A stretch of DNA of 64,000 nt from Chiloscyllium plagiosum (taxonomy: Eukaryota). Location: the NCBI RefSeq assembly GCF_004010195.1, contig NC_057751.1, positions 888,665-952,664 on the forward strand. Direction: 5' to 3'. The notes under the pieces were generated by a model, which saw nothing but the letters and a program-made list of their open reading frames with translations, ran no database searches and was not told the origin of the DNA. Made by a program: the position numbers and the translations under genes. Below are positions 52,390 to 63,399 of this stretch, piece by piece (position 1 is the first letter of the stretch; each line of letters begins with the position of its first letter).

Positions 52390-53200
52390 AATCCAGAAGG
52401 AGTTATTAAAACATAAGTCCATAAGCCTGGCCGAAGAGACTGCCTTTTACAGATGTCTTAAAAGATGGTAACAAGAAGAGAGGCCGAGAGGTTTTGCAGT
52501 GCAGTTCCAGAACTGAGAGATGTGGTGATTACAATGAGGTGAGCCAGGTAGAAGTCCCATAGCATCTGTTTGGGGCTGATAACCTGGTCCAATCAGGGAG
52601 TCTTGGCTGACAGATAAGAACAGGAGTGGAAGGGATTCTGTTCACTCTGGGAGCTGGCTCTGAGGGAGCTGGATCAGTGTCAAGGACTGTCCATGTGGAA
52701 ATAAAGGGGGACTTGGTGAGAGGGTACCGGCCTCTGTGGAGTTATTTCAATGACCCACCAATGGGTGGAACAATGAAATGGCAATTCCCCTAGGTCCAAA
52801 ACAGGGAAAGTGCAGACATCTGGAGTTCACAAGCCTGGAGTAGATTACAGTGCTTAGGAGGAGTAAGGCCATGGAGGGATTTGGACATGAGGATGATAAT
52901 TTAAAAATTGAGGTGTGGGTCCCAATATTGATTATGGGTCATTGGATGAGTGGATCAGTGGGGGTTTGGAAAAAGGCAAAATCATTTTGATTGAATGAAC
53001 TTCCTGGCAATAGGAGGCCGGCCAGGAAAACATTGGAATAATTGGGAAGAACATAGGATTTCAGAGGCAGGTGTGTTGAGGCAAAGGAAGGCTTGGCCTT
53101 GATACAGCGCTGGGAAAGGTGATCTTGATGTTAAGGTGGATATAGGGTTGAATGCTCATTGGTTGAGAGCTGAATTAAAATAATGAGGGTGGCACTGTAC
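52390..53200 (-). mobile_element. Decayed L2-like LINE 3' region with an inserted solo LTR
   Basis: Purine-rich plus strand similar to 11880-12250. No catalytic motif recognised. Confidence 0.4.
52521..52749 (+). mobile_element. Solo LTR, family A (229 bp, best-preserved copy)
   Basis: TGTGG...TTTCA ends; CCAAT, gataagaa (TATA position) and AATAAA in order; two other copies in the window. Confidence 0.8.
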
Positions 53201-53414
53201 AGTATACAATGTGGCACCAAGCCAACCAGGCACACTGAGGTGTATTCTTGTCAGAAAGCCCTTTGTTTGTGATTACAACTCAAAGACTGAAGCCCATTTT
53301 CCAGGCTATTTCCCAATGTACATTATGGGTGCCATCTATCAGATGAGATCTGAAACCGAGATATTTTTCATGGAAGATTTTATGGTCATGATTACATTAT
53401 TGGTTGAGCTGCTG

Positions 53415-53940
53415 TGGGAAGGATATTGTTAAACTGGAAAGGTGCAGAAAACATTTACAAGGGTACTTGTACTGTACTGGGAGGGTTTGACTTTAGATAA
53501 AGGCTGAATAAGCTGGGACTTGCTTCTCTGGAGTGTCAGAGGCTGAGGGGTGACTTTGTACGGGTTTATAACATCATGAGGGGCATGGATAAGGTGAATA
53601 GCCAATGTCTTTCCCCTGGGTAGGGAAATCCAAACTAGAGGTCAGACGTTTAAGGTGAGAGGGGAAAGATTCAAAAAGGACACAAGGAGCAACTTTTTCA
53701 CACAGAGGATGGTGTGTGTGTTTATGGAATGAGCTGCCAGAGGAAGTGGTGGAGGCTGGCACAGTTACAACATTTAAAAGACATTTGGTTTGGTATATGA
53801 ATAGGAAGAGTTTAGAGGGATATGGGTCAAGTGCTGGCAAATGGGACTCGTTCAGTTTGGAATGCATGGTCACCATGGATGAATTAGACTGAAGGGTTTG
53901 TTTCTGTGATGTACGACTCGATGAGTCTGTGACTCTGACT
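53415..53940 (+). mobile_element. CR1 3' fragment
   Basis: Homologous to 215-722. Confidence 0.85.
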
Positions 53941-54005
53941 CTACAACCTGGTGAGCACGTTGGCTGTTGCATTCACCTGCATTGCAACAGTGATTACACA
54001 TAATT

Positions 54006-54180
54006 AAAACCAAAAAAAGTGCTGGAAAAAAAAACTCAGCAAGTTTGGCAGTATCTGTGGAGAGTTACATTGGACTCAAAACATTATTTCTTTCTGCACA
54101 GGTGCTGCCAGACCTGCTGAGTTTCTCCAGCATTTTCTGTGGTTATTTCAGATCTCTGATATCTGAAGCATTGTTTTGCT
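54006..54180. mobile_element. Old fold-back Penelope-like terminus
   Basis: tgctgga...actcagca inverted against tgctgagt...tccagca. Hammerhead core lost. Confidence 0.5.
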
Positions 54181-55180
54181 TTGATGTGACTGATTGTGCA
54201 CCATTCGCTGTAAAATGTTTTGGAATGTTCTGCGTTCTTTGTACAAGCAGAAGTCATTTCTTTCTAGTCCCTTTATTATCTTTTTGAATTTAAAATGCGT
54301 AGTTTATGGCTGAAGCTTCCTTGGCAGCGACTAGGGAAATCTTGAGCAGAATATTCCGCTTGGGCAGTGAAAGGAAAGTTGGGAAAGTAAGATGAAAATG
54401 GAAAAATCAGTACTTTGACAATAAGGAAAACAATGGCACGTTTGTTCACACCACCTCTAGCTGGTTACACACCCTATACTAAACTTTGGCATCTGTTTCC
54501 CCATTCACCTACAAGACACTCTACAGAACCAATGAACTCCATAGTGACATAAGGATCATATAAAATAAAACTTTAATATTCATAATGTTTCACTTGCTTA
54601 GAAATACATACTTTCACAACATAGGTAAGCGTCAATTGTCACTGTCCTTTAAAGTATTAGGAACAGAACTAGAAACATTCGATGCTGCTTCATTTGGGTA
54701 CGTAAACGTTGTCAGAGAAGCAGAACTGACACTCAAGCAATTTCTTTACCTGCGGCTTAGCTCCTTCAACAGTCACTCCGTAACCTGAACCAGCTCAAAT
54801 CCTTGAAAGGCCATAGTGAGATTAAAGATCCCGCAATTGCTTTCCAGCTGCTATCTTTAGCCATTAGCAGTATTTCCCTTGCTCCCTGAAAATCCACCCA
54901 GTGTTTCAGATCAATGGGCTTTCACTCTGATGTTGCCTGACCCGCTGAATATGTCCAGCGTTTCCTGCCGAACTTTCAAATTTCCAACATCCACAGTATT
55001 CAGCTTCGGGATGCATGGAATACACTGTCACATGGAGCGTTTGAGTTGAGGACCACAGATGAATTTTAGGGAAAGTTACCCAAACTCCAGGAGGAAGTCA
55101 GGAGTGATCCACAGGGATTGGTACTGGGTCCAATTTTTTGTCTTTTATTTAAATTATTTAGATGAGAATATAAAAAGCAT

Positions 55181-56630
55181 TTGTAGCTCAGGTTGAGGTT
55201 TAGGTTGTAAGTTTGACCGCTGAGCTGGAAGGTTTATTTTCAGATGTTTTGTCACCATGCTCGGTAACATCATCAGTGATCCTCTGATGAAGCGCTGATG
55301 TTCTTTCCCGCTTTCTATTTGTGTGTCTTGCTCTCTAAAGGTGGGTGAAATCATTTCCGATTCTTTTTCTCAGAGGTTGATAAATGGGGTCCAAACTGAG
55401 GTGTTTATTGATGGCAGTTCCAGTTTGAACGCCAGGCCTCTCGGATTTCCCATGCGTGTCTCTGTTTAGCCTGTCCCAGAATAGATGTGTTGTCCCAGTC
55501 AAAGTGGTATCCTTCTTTGTCGATATGTTAGGATACTAGAGATAGTGGGTCATGTCTTTTGGTGGGTCATTGGTGCTTGTGTATCCTAGTGGCTAGTTTC
55601 TTGCCTGTCTGTCCCATGTAGTGTCTGTTACCGTCCTTGCAGGGTATTTTGTAAATGACATTAGTTTTGCTGGTTGTTGGTACAGGGTTTTTTAGGTTCA
55701 TGAGGAGCTGTTTCAGTGTGTTGATAGGTTTGTGGGCTACCACAACTGCAGTTCCATACAGTGGAATGAACAATCAATGGAGAACTGCAGACCAATGTCT
55801 ACAGGAAAGTTACACACACAGACCAGAAGCTTCACTACAGAGTAATCATCCCAACACCCACAAACGGAGCTGCTTCAGGGCGTTAATTAGATGGCCCACA
55901 ATGCACTGCTGCACCCATGAACTATGAGCAGCAGAAGAAAAATACCTATACAGCGTACTCAAGAAGAACCAGTCCCCGATAAACACAGTCCACTGATTCT
56001 TAAACAACAAACCCAAACAAATAGACACAACGTGCTCAAAAACTCTAGCTACATTACCATCAAAGTACATCTCGGAGATGACTACCAGACTACCCTGACC
56101 CCTTGGCATCATGGTAGCCCACAAACCTACCAACACACTGAAACAGCTCCTGATGAACTTAAAGGACCCTGTACCAACAACCAGCAAAACTAATGCCATT
56201 TACAAAATACCCTGCAAAGACTGTAACATACACTACATCAGACAGACAGGCAGGAAACTAGCCACCAGGATACATGAGCACCAACTAGCCACTAAGAGAC
56301 ATGACCCATTATCTCTAGTATCCTTACAGACGAAGAAGGATACCACTTTGACTGGGACAACACATCCATCTTGGGACAGGCTAAACAGAGACACGCATAG
56401 GAAATCCGAGAGGCCTGGCCTTCAAACCAGAACTCCATCAATAAACACATCATTTACCAACCTCTGAGAAAAAGAACTGGAGGTGATATCGCCCATCTTC
56501 AGAGACCAAGACACAGAAGTAGAAAGAGGGAAAGAACACCAGCGCTCACTGATGATGTTACCAGGCATGGCAACGAAACATCTGAAAACAAACCTTCCAG
56601 CTCAGTGAACAAACTTACAACCTCAACAAC
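55181..56630. mobile_element. Penelope-like element with inverted structure and an 11-bp TSD
   Basis: Minus arm 55181-~55745 and plus arm ~55760-56630 both encode GIY-YIG-like IYKIPCKD...Y..QTG.KLATRIH.H. ataaaaagcat at 55170-55180 and 56631-56641. Confidence 0.92.
56543..56586 (+). ncRNA. Minimal hammerhead ribozyme motif in a Penelope pseudo-LTR
   Basis: CUGAUGA (56549-56555), stem GUUACCA-GGCA-UGGCAAC (one mismatch), GAAA (56575-56578), triplet AUC. Confidence 0.6.
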
Positions 56631-58179
56631 ATAAAAAGCATGGTTAGTAAGTTTGTGGATGATACCAAAATTGGTTGTGTAGTGGACCGTGTATAGTGGA
56701 CATAGAAATCTTGATCAGTTGGGTGAATGGGCTGAGGAGTGGCAGATGGAGTTTAATTTGGATAACCATGAGGTATTGTGTTTTGGTAAAACAAACAAGG
56801 GCAGGCCCAAGTAGAGCCTTGAGTGGTATTGTAGAACAGAGAGACCTTGACGTTCAGGTACATAATTCTTTTATAGTTTGCATTACATGTAGACAGGATC
56901 ATTAATAAAGCATTGAGCAGACGAGACTTCATTGTCCAGACCTTTGAGTATAATAAGTTGTAAAGGACATTACTGGAGTTCTGGTCACCTTATAGGAAGG
57001 TTACTGTCAGGCTGGAGAGGATTCAGAAGAGATTTACCAGGGTGTTGCCTGGAATGGGAAGTTTGATTTATAGGGAGAGACTTGATTGGCTGGGACTTCT
57101 TTCACTGCAGTTAGGAGTTTGAGGGCTGATCTGATTGAAGTTTATAAAGTCATTATGGGTGTAGATAGGTGAATGGCATTTGTCTTTTCCCCATGTTGGG
57201 GGATTTCAAGACTCGGGAGCTATTTTTTAAGGTCAGAGGAGGAAATTTTAAAAAGGACTTGACGAGCAACTGTTTTACTGTGTGGAATGGATTTCTAGAG
57301 GTAGCGTTGGATGCAGGGACAGTTTATAAGACATTTGGATAAGTACATGAATAAGAAAGGTTTGAAGGGATATGGACCAAGTGCAGGCAGGTGGGAGTTT
57401 GGGATTATGATCAGTGTGGATGAGTTCGACTGACGGGTCTGTTTCCATACCGCATGACTCAATGACTGAAGGAGAGACCAGATGGAGTGCTTGACCTGTT
57501 CCTGTGTTGTAAATTCAATGTAAATCTATTTAATGTAAAACAGGAAACTGCACGCAGAGAACCTGTACTTAAATTGACAATTAAATTCAAATTTTTAGCC
57601 CTGCTTGTGAAGATATTATCCACGATCAGTTATTATTGCCTCAGAAATTTGTACGCTTTGGGAACTGAAAGTATTAAAGTGCAGACATAAAACAATTGAA
57701 GGAGATTAAATTCAGCTAAGAGTAGTTATGCATTGAAATCAGAATTAAAGAATAGCAATATTGCAACAACACAGAATGGTTTAGTATTTGAAATGCTGCC
57801 TTGCCTCACAATGAATCATGTTTTCCTTACAGCTCTGCATCAATCCTAACCAAAATCTAATTTATCCTTTTCCCAATTTCAGTCAATTTTAATGCGTTTT
57901 TTATTTAAAAATTTGCCTTTGTCTGCTGGTGTTTTTTTTAAAGGAGTGGTTGCCTTCACGTTGCTGTGACTTGCCAAAGAGAAAGTTGGAAGGGAAGCAG
58001 GTTGCACTCAGAACTGTTGGTCAGAAATGGATTTCAAACCCTATGACCATAATCAAGACTGAAACTCCATGTCTAGTGTTGAGAAAAAGCTGCACTGGCT
58101 GTCAGAAGAGATGCTGAACAGGTCCAAGTGCCCTGAAAGGTGGATGCAAACCAGCTCATGTCACTATTTGACAACCAGG

Positions 58180-59097
58180 GACAGTCTTCCTAGTGTTTTA
58201 GCTAATACTTATTCCTCAACCAACATCACTAGAAAGCATGTGATCTGGCCATTACCATATTGCTGTTTGTGGGAGCTTGCTATGCACAAATTGAAATGCT
58301 ATGTTTCAACCTGACACCAGTGACTACATTTCAAAAGTAATCTATTAGTTATAAAGAACCTTGGAACATCCACAGTCATGAAAGGGATTACAGAAATGTG
58401 AGTTTTCTGGCCCCCCTTTTATTATTACCGCACAAGGAACATTAGTCTGGACTGGAGGCTCAATCCTCTCAGAGAGAATTAAACCCACAGCTTTCTGACT
58501 CAGAGGTGAGAGTGCTCTGAACTGACCCAGAGCTGACCCCAGAGAAATGAGACTGGGGTTGTTACTAAACTCCTTGACCTTTGTTCAGCTGCTTTCTTAT
58601 CATGACGTGGACAACACATGATGCAACTGTTTATGCTGCTATGGATATGGAAAAGATATACAAGTTGTGACTGGAGGTTAAAAAACACAGATGCTCTGGT
58701 TTAGAAACAAGGTGGTCAAGCCAGCTGTACAGTGAAGACCATGCTTTTCTCTCATTCAGAGGTTATGGAGTCAAAAACTCCCATTTGAGAGTGGAGCATA
58801 AAATTCAGGGACTCCCATTGCAATTCTGAGGAAGTGCTATCTTTCTGGGAGGTTAGAATACAGTTCTGTCTGTACCCTCCACCAAACACATAAAATCCCC
58901 AATCTAAGTCACTGGAACAGATTCACTGAATCATTGTCACATTACCACTTGTGGGATCTTGCTGTGCACAGATTGAGATGTTACATTTCCTACCTTACAA
59001 AAGTGACTAAGTTTCAAAAAGATTTTATTCGTTTGGAAGTATTTTATAACATTTGGAGGTTGTAAAGGTGCAATTGAAGCGTAGGTATTTCTTTCTT
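58180..59097 (+). mobile_element. Two decayed Deu-type SINE remnants with L2-like tails (~58180-58405, ~58770-59097)
   Basis: tgctgtttgtgggagcttgctatgcacaaatt and acttgtgggatcttgctgtgcaca cores; similar tails at ~13500-13650 and ~28930-29075. Confidence 0.55.
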
Positions 59098-59301
59098 TCA
59101 AATGACATTTGCAGTTTTCCTTCAAAGGAAGCTGGCAAAATGGAAGTGCAAAATGAATTACTGGAGTGAGGAATAAATGTCAAATGGATAAATTTCAGAG
59201 GTGTTAGGGAACAAAAGGGGCATGAGAATGAGAGCTGGGGCATAGATAGATTACTGAATGGCTGGGCTGAATGGCCTTTTGTCCTGTGATTTATTTTCAA
59301 C

Positions 59302-59557
59302 CTGTTTACTGAATCTGTGGAGCGTACCACCACATAGAAACTGGGCCCAGCCTTTTTCCTGTGCATTAGTGAAGGCCCTTTGAACATTTCACGATAATTC
59401 CTCCCTCTCGTATTGGTGTGAGAGAGATTTTTCCCAGCGGAATGCAATGCAAGCACTTTCTGTAACTGATATAAAATTCCCTGGGCCTCTTGCCTAGATT
59501 TGTCATCCGGTTCCTCGCTGGGGTCGATGATGTGGATGTATTCCTCACCTTTGCGTT
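59302..59557 (-). CDS. Candidate internal exon (256 nt, phase 1-2), unidentified product
   Basis: Acceptor ggcctgcag, weak donor CAG|gttgaa. Open frame ERKGEEYIHIIDPSEEPDDKSRQEAQGILYQLQKVLAL...RSTDSVN. Repeat-free and retains CpGs. Confidence 0.33.
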
Positions 59558-59984
59558 CTGCAGGCCGCGATGAATAAAAATGCCCAGAGCAGACAACACA
59601 CACTCAAATGGTGTCTGCTTCTTCCAACTGCCTTCATTCTCATTTAACTAAATCAAAGCTTAAACCAGGACGCTGCAGCACCACATTTCAGCATTTTATT
59701 ACCTGACAGCTTACAATACACTTAATTTGCCAAACCTTGTAAGCACAATGTCTTTTGTTTCATTCGATATTGAAATGCAGGCCTCTGACGGATCAATCAT
59801 GGGGGCCAGGCAGTTCCCTGAAATGTTATTAAGTAGCAGAGGAAATTGGTTAAGGCGAGAGGGCCATCCATCTTTGCTTTTATGTTTCTGAACCAACAAA
59901 TATGAGAGGGTGTCAGCGCTTTGAAAGATTGTTTATGTGCTGTGGCTGGGAATGGGAAAGGTGGGGAGTGGGGGGTGGGGGGAA

Positions 59985-60160
59985 GCAGTTATGGCAGTGC
60001 TGACAGTGAAGCATTCATCCTCCGCGCAACACTGAGCAAATTGCTTGTGGTGCGAGACAGGGCCCATAAATCACCACCAGGCGATGCTGTACCTACAGTC
60101 TGTTACATCCCCCACAGATGACAGCCGCATAATAATCCCTCAAGGCAGCAATGTAATCCT
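59985..60160. promoter_or_regulatory. Candidate conserved non-coding enhancer
   Basis: CCATAAATCA (60064-60073; TGATTTATGG on the minus strand), TGACAG at 60001 and 60119, TTATGG near 59989. Confidence 0.35.
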
Positions 60161-60716
60161 TACCTAGGAGGGTGGGGGAGCTTCAGCTCCACACGAGATG
60201 GTGGGTGTCAGAGGTAAAGGACCAGGGAGCTGGACCCAGTCACCTATCGAACAACCCAAGCTGTGTGATAAAAGCACAGAAATGCTTCAACTTTGGACAT
60301 GGGGGGGGTTGTGTCTTTGCAATTTGCACAGATATGCATTTATATGACGACAGCACCTGCCAGTGGAAGGCTCAGAAGGTGGAGGGGTTGAGAAATCCCT
60401 GTCTGCATATCCTCACGTCAGTGATGCCATCTCAGTTTCTCCAGCCTCATGAATAATCATCAGGCCAAATGAAAACTGATGAAGTGTGAGTGATGGTTTG
60501 CTATCTTCATCTTCCCCTGCCAGACCTGTTCATGGATGGACCTGAGACTGAGGCCTTCTGCCTGCAAGGTTGCCAACTCCGGCTGGAGATATGACCTGCT
60601 GTCAGATCTAAGGGCTGCAGTTCCTTCTGGGACCTCCAGCCAAGTCACATGTGTTTCCCTCCCACTCCTCAGTTCTGAATGTGCATTCATGTAGAACCCA
60701 GACCACATTACTGGGG

Positions 60717-60871
60717 TGGAAATGTGTTGCTGGAAAAGCGCAGCAGGTCAGGCAGCATCCAAGGAGCAGGAGAATCGACGTTTCGGGCATGAGCCCTTCC
60801 TCAGCATTCCTGCGCTTTTCCAGCAACACATTTCCAGCTCTGATCTCCAGCATCTGCGTCCTCACTTTCTC
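60717..60871. mobile_element. 155-bp fold-back hammerhead-bearing Penelope-like element with a 14-bp TSD
   Basis: ccacattactgggg at 60703-60716 and 60872-60885. Perfect 27-bp inverted repeat 60717-60743/60810-60836. Confidence 0.88.
60770..60810 (-). ncRNA. Minimal hammerhead ribozyme motif, core intact
   Basis: CUGAGGA (60804-60798), GGGC-UCAU-GCCC, GAAA (60784-60781), CGUC (60780-60777). Confidence 0.68.
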
Positions 60872-61549
60872 CCACATTACTGGGGCGGCTGGTTGCAATT
60901 GGAAAACTTCAAAAACACAGGAGCAAAAGAAAACTTTGCAGATGATGGAAAATGAGAATTGTCTGGAAGGCTGTGCAAGGCTGTGGAGGTTGGGAACGTG
61001 TATGTAAGCTGCTCAAGCTTCGCCCAGTGCCTGTGAAAGAAAATGACAGCCAAGAAATGGCTCGTAAATTTCATTTAATCAGCCAGAATTAATTTGCAGC
61101 TTAAATATTAATTTGCAAATCTTCCCAACATTATTCATATCATGACCAGACATTAATTGGAAGCTTGGGCCTGATTTAGAATGCATCGCAGTGATATAAA
61201 AAAATGCCTTCTTGCCAATGATTCTTGTACTCGAAGCAGTTTAGACCCAGGGGATGGCAGGCATTCCTGTCCTATCAGAGTCTCGCACCTTGGAAACGAG
61301 CAAGAGACCAGGCGGAAATAAAGATCTGGAGCTTCAGAGGTCAGGTGTTGTCCTGACTGGAATGTCCTTGGAAGTGGGAATGCTATCCAGCTGTATGCCA
61401 CAAACCCACATCAAATGAAAACACTGAGTCCCCTTGAAGGTGTGCAGAGTTGAGCTTACACATGTATGTGTTGAGACACCAATGAGTTGTCAGGTATAAA
61501 ACTGGCACAAATACTTGATGGTAGTGTGAGGCACAATAGCCAACCCAGA

Positions 61550-62390
61550 CACAAACCTGACTGAAGGACTTGGAAGCAACACCTTCAACAAACAACTGCT
61601 TTGGCAAAATGCTGCTTTCGCTGCATCCCGTTTGTATCCTTCGGATCCCCCATGAAGTATGACTGCACAGCCTTCCTCAGAAGCCAGTTACAAAAACATT
61701 TGTTGGAACTGTGTAAGAATAACACGTTGCCTAATAGTGTACAAGAGGATGCGTCAACCACAACTGACTCTGGACAAATTTTTCGGATATACAATGAAGG
61801 ATTCTTTTACCTTTGCAAAGAGTGTGTTTCTTCATTGTTGCTATGGCAATCACAAAGCCGCTGCTCAAGGAAGAGGTTGACATTTGTAGGGGATCCCATG
61901 TCATGGCAGTGCAGATGCACATCCATGGTCTGTATTGGTGTTAACGGAACTTAACAACTCGTGCAGCTGTGTTCAGCCTCAATGGTATCAACCAAGTCCA
62001 AATAAATGGTGTTGCTGTGGGCTCTTCTCTAGGCCCAGCTCTCACTGAGCCTCTCTTAGCTTCTACAAACATTGCATTTTTGATGGAACAACACCTCACC
62101 CCCTATGCCTTGCATATTTCCAGTATGTTAGCTATCTTTGATTCGATATACACCAGAATGAGCTCCACTCTATCCTCAAATTCATCTTTCAACTGGAGCA
62201 GGTGAACGAGCTGCCTTTCCGATGTGCCAGTTGAAAATTGTACTGTTGGGTTCTCCACTTTGTCTGCCACAGGCCTACCTTCACTGGTCTTTGTGGATGT
62301 TGGAATTCATATATCTCTCCTGCTGTAATATTACAACTTTATAAATTGGGACGATGCTATTTGCTTACCACATAAGCTTAATGGCCAAAT
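61550..62390 (+). pseudogene. Decayed Penelope-type reverse transcriptase fragment
   Basis: FSLNG...QINGVAVGSSLGPAL resembles the PLE RT motif QxxGvaMGSplgp. Downstream ELPF and RPTFTG remnants. 5' boundary uncertain. Confidence 0.65.
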
Positions 62391-62479
62391 ATGGTGTATC
62401 AAAGCTTTCCAGTGGATGATCCATCTCAGCCTCCTCCTGAGGTCCCTGATACCACAGATGCAAGGATCCAGCCAGCGGG

Positions 62480-63395
62480 GCAGACTGTCTGCTGGTTGGA
62501 GTCATTCCTGGCCCATAGGAACATGACCGTGGTTATTGGAGGTTGGTCATCTCAGTTCCAAGACATCTGTGCAGGATCTCTTCAGGGCAGTGTCCGAGGC
62601 CCAACCATCTTCAGCTGCTTCATCAATGACCTTTCCTCCATTAGAAGGTCTAAAATGGGGATGTTCACTGATGATTGCACAACCTTCAGCACCATTTGCA
62701 ATTCCCCAGATGCTGAAGGAGTGCATGTTTAAATACAACAAGATCTGGACAATATCCAGGCTTGGGCTGATAAATGCCAAGTAACATTCACGCCACACAA
62801 TGCCAAGCAATGACCATCTCCAATAAAAGACATTCAACGGTGTTATCATCACTGAATACCAACTATCACCCCATCTTATGGGTTACCACTAACCAGAAAC
62901 TCAACTGGACTAGCCATTTAAATACAGTGGTGACATGAGCAGGACAGAGGCTAGGTATACTGCAACAAGAACGCACCCCCTGACTCCCAAAAGGCTGTCC
63001 ACCATCTATAACGTACAAGCCAGGAGTGTGATGGGATTCTCCCACTTGCCCTGGATGGGTGCAGCTCCAACAACACTCAAGAAGTTTGACACCATCCAGA
63101 GCAAAACAGCCCATTCAATTGTTATGACATTCACTCCTTCCACCATCAACACTCAATATCAGCAGTGTCTATCACCTATAAGATGCACTGCAGATATTCA
63201 CCAAGACTGCTTAGACAGCACCTTCCAAACCTATGACCACCTCAAGAAGGATCAGAGGAGGAGTTACATGGGAGCACCACCACTGCAAGTTCCCCTCCAA
63301 GTCACTTGTCATCCTGACTTGGAAGTATATCATCGTTCCTTCACTGTCGCTGGGTCAAAATTCTGGAATTGCCTCCCTGAGGGCATTGTGGATTT
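62480..63395 (+). mobile_element. Old CR1-clade LINE, RT to near the 3' end
   Basis: LQGSVRGPTIFSCFINDL...MFTDD (62391-62732); LSTIYNVQARSVM. Confidence 0.82.
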
Positions 63396-63399
63396 GATT

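Larger units (their letters stand above)
55100..57468 (+). mobile_element. Decayed CR1 3' half split by a Penelope insertion
   Basis: cacagggattggtactgggtcc (PQG..LGP-like) before the insertion; agtaagtttgtggatgatacc (SKFVDD) after it. Confidence 0.82.

Noticed and set aside
59025..59603. 192-aa single-exon gene
   Set aside because: Non-ATG start, and the C-terminal half runs through decayed repeat sequence. Only 59302-59557 is kept as an exon candidate.
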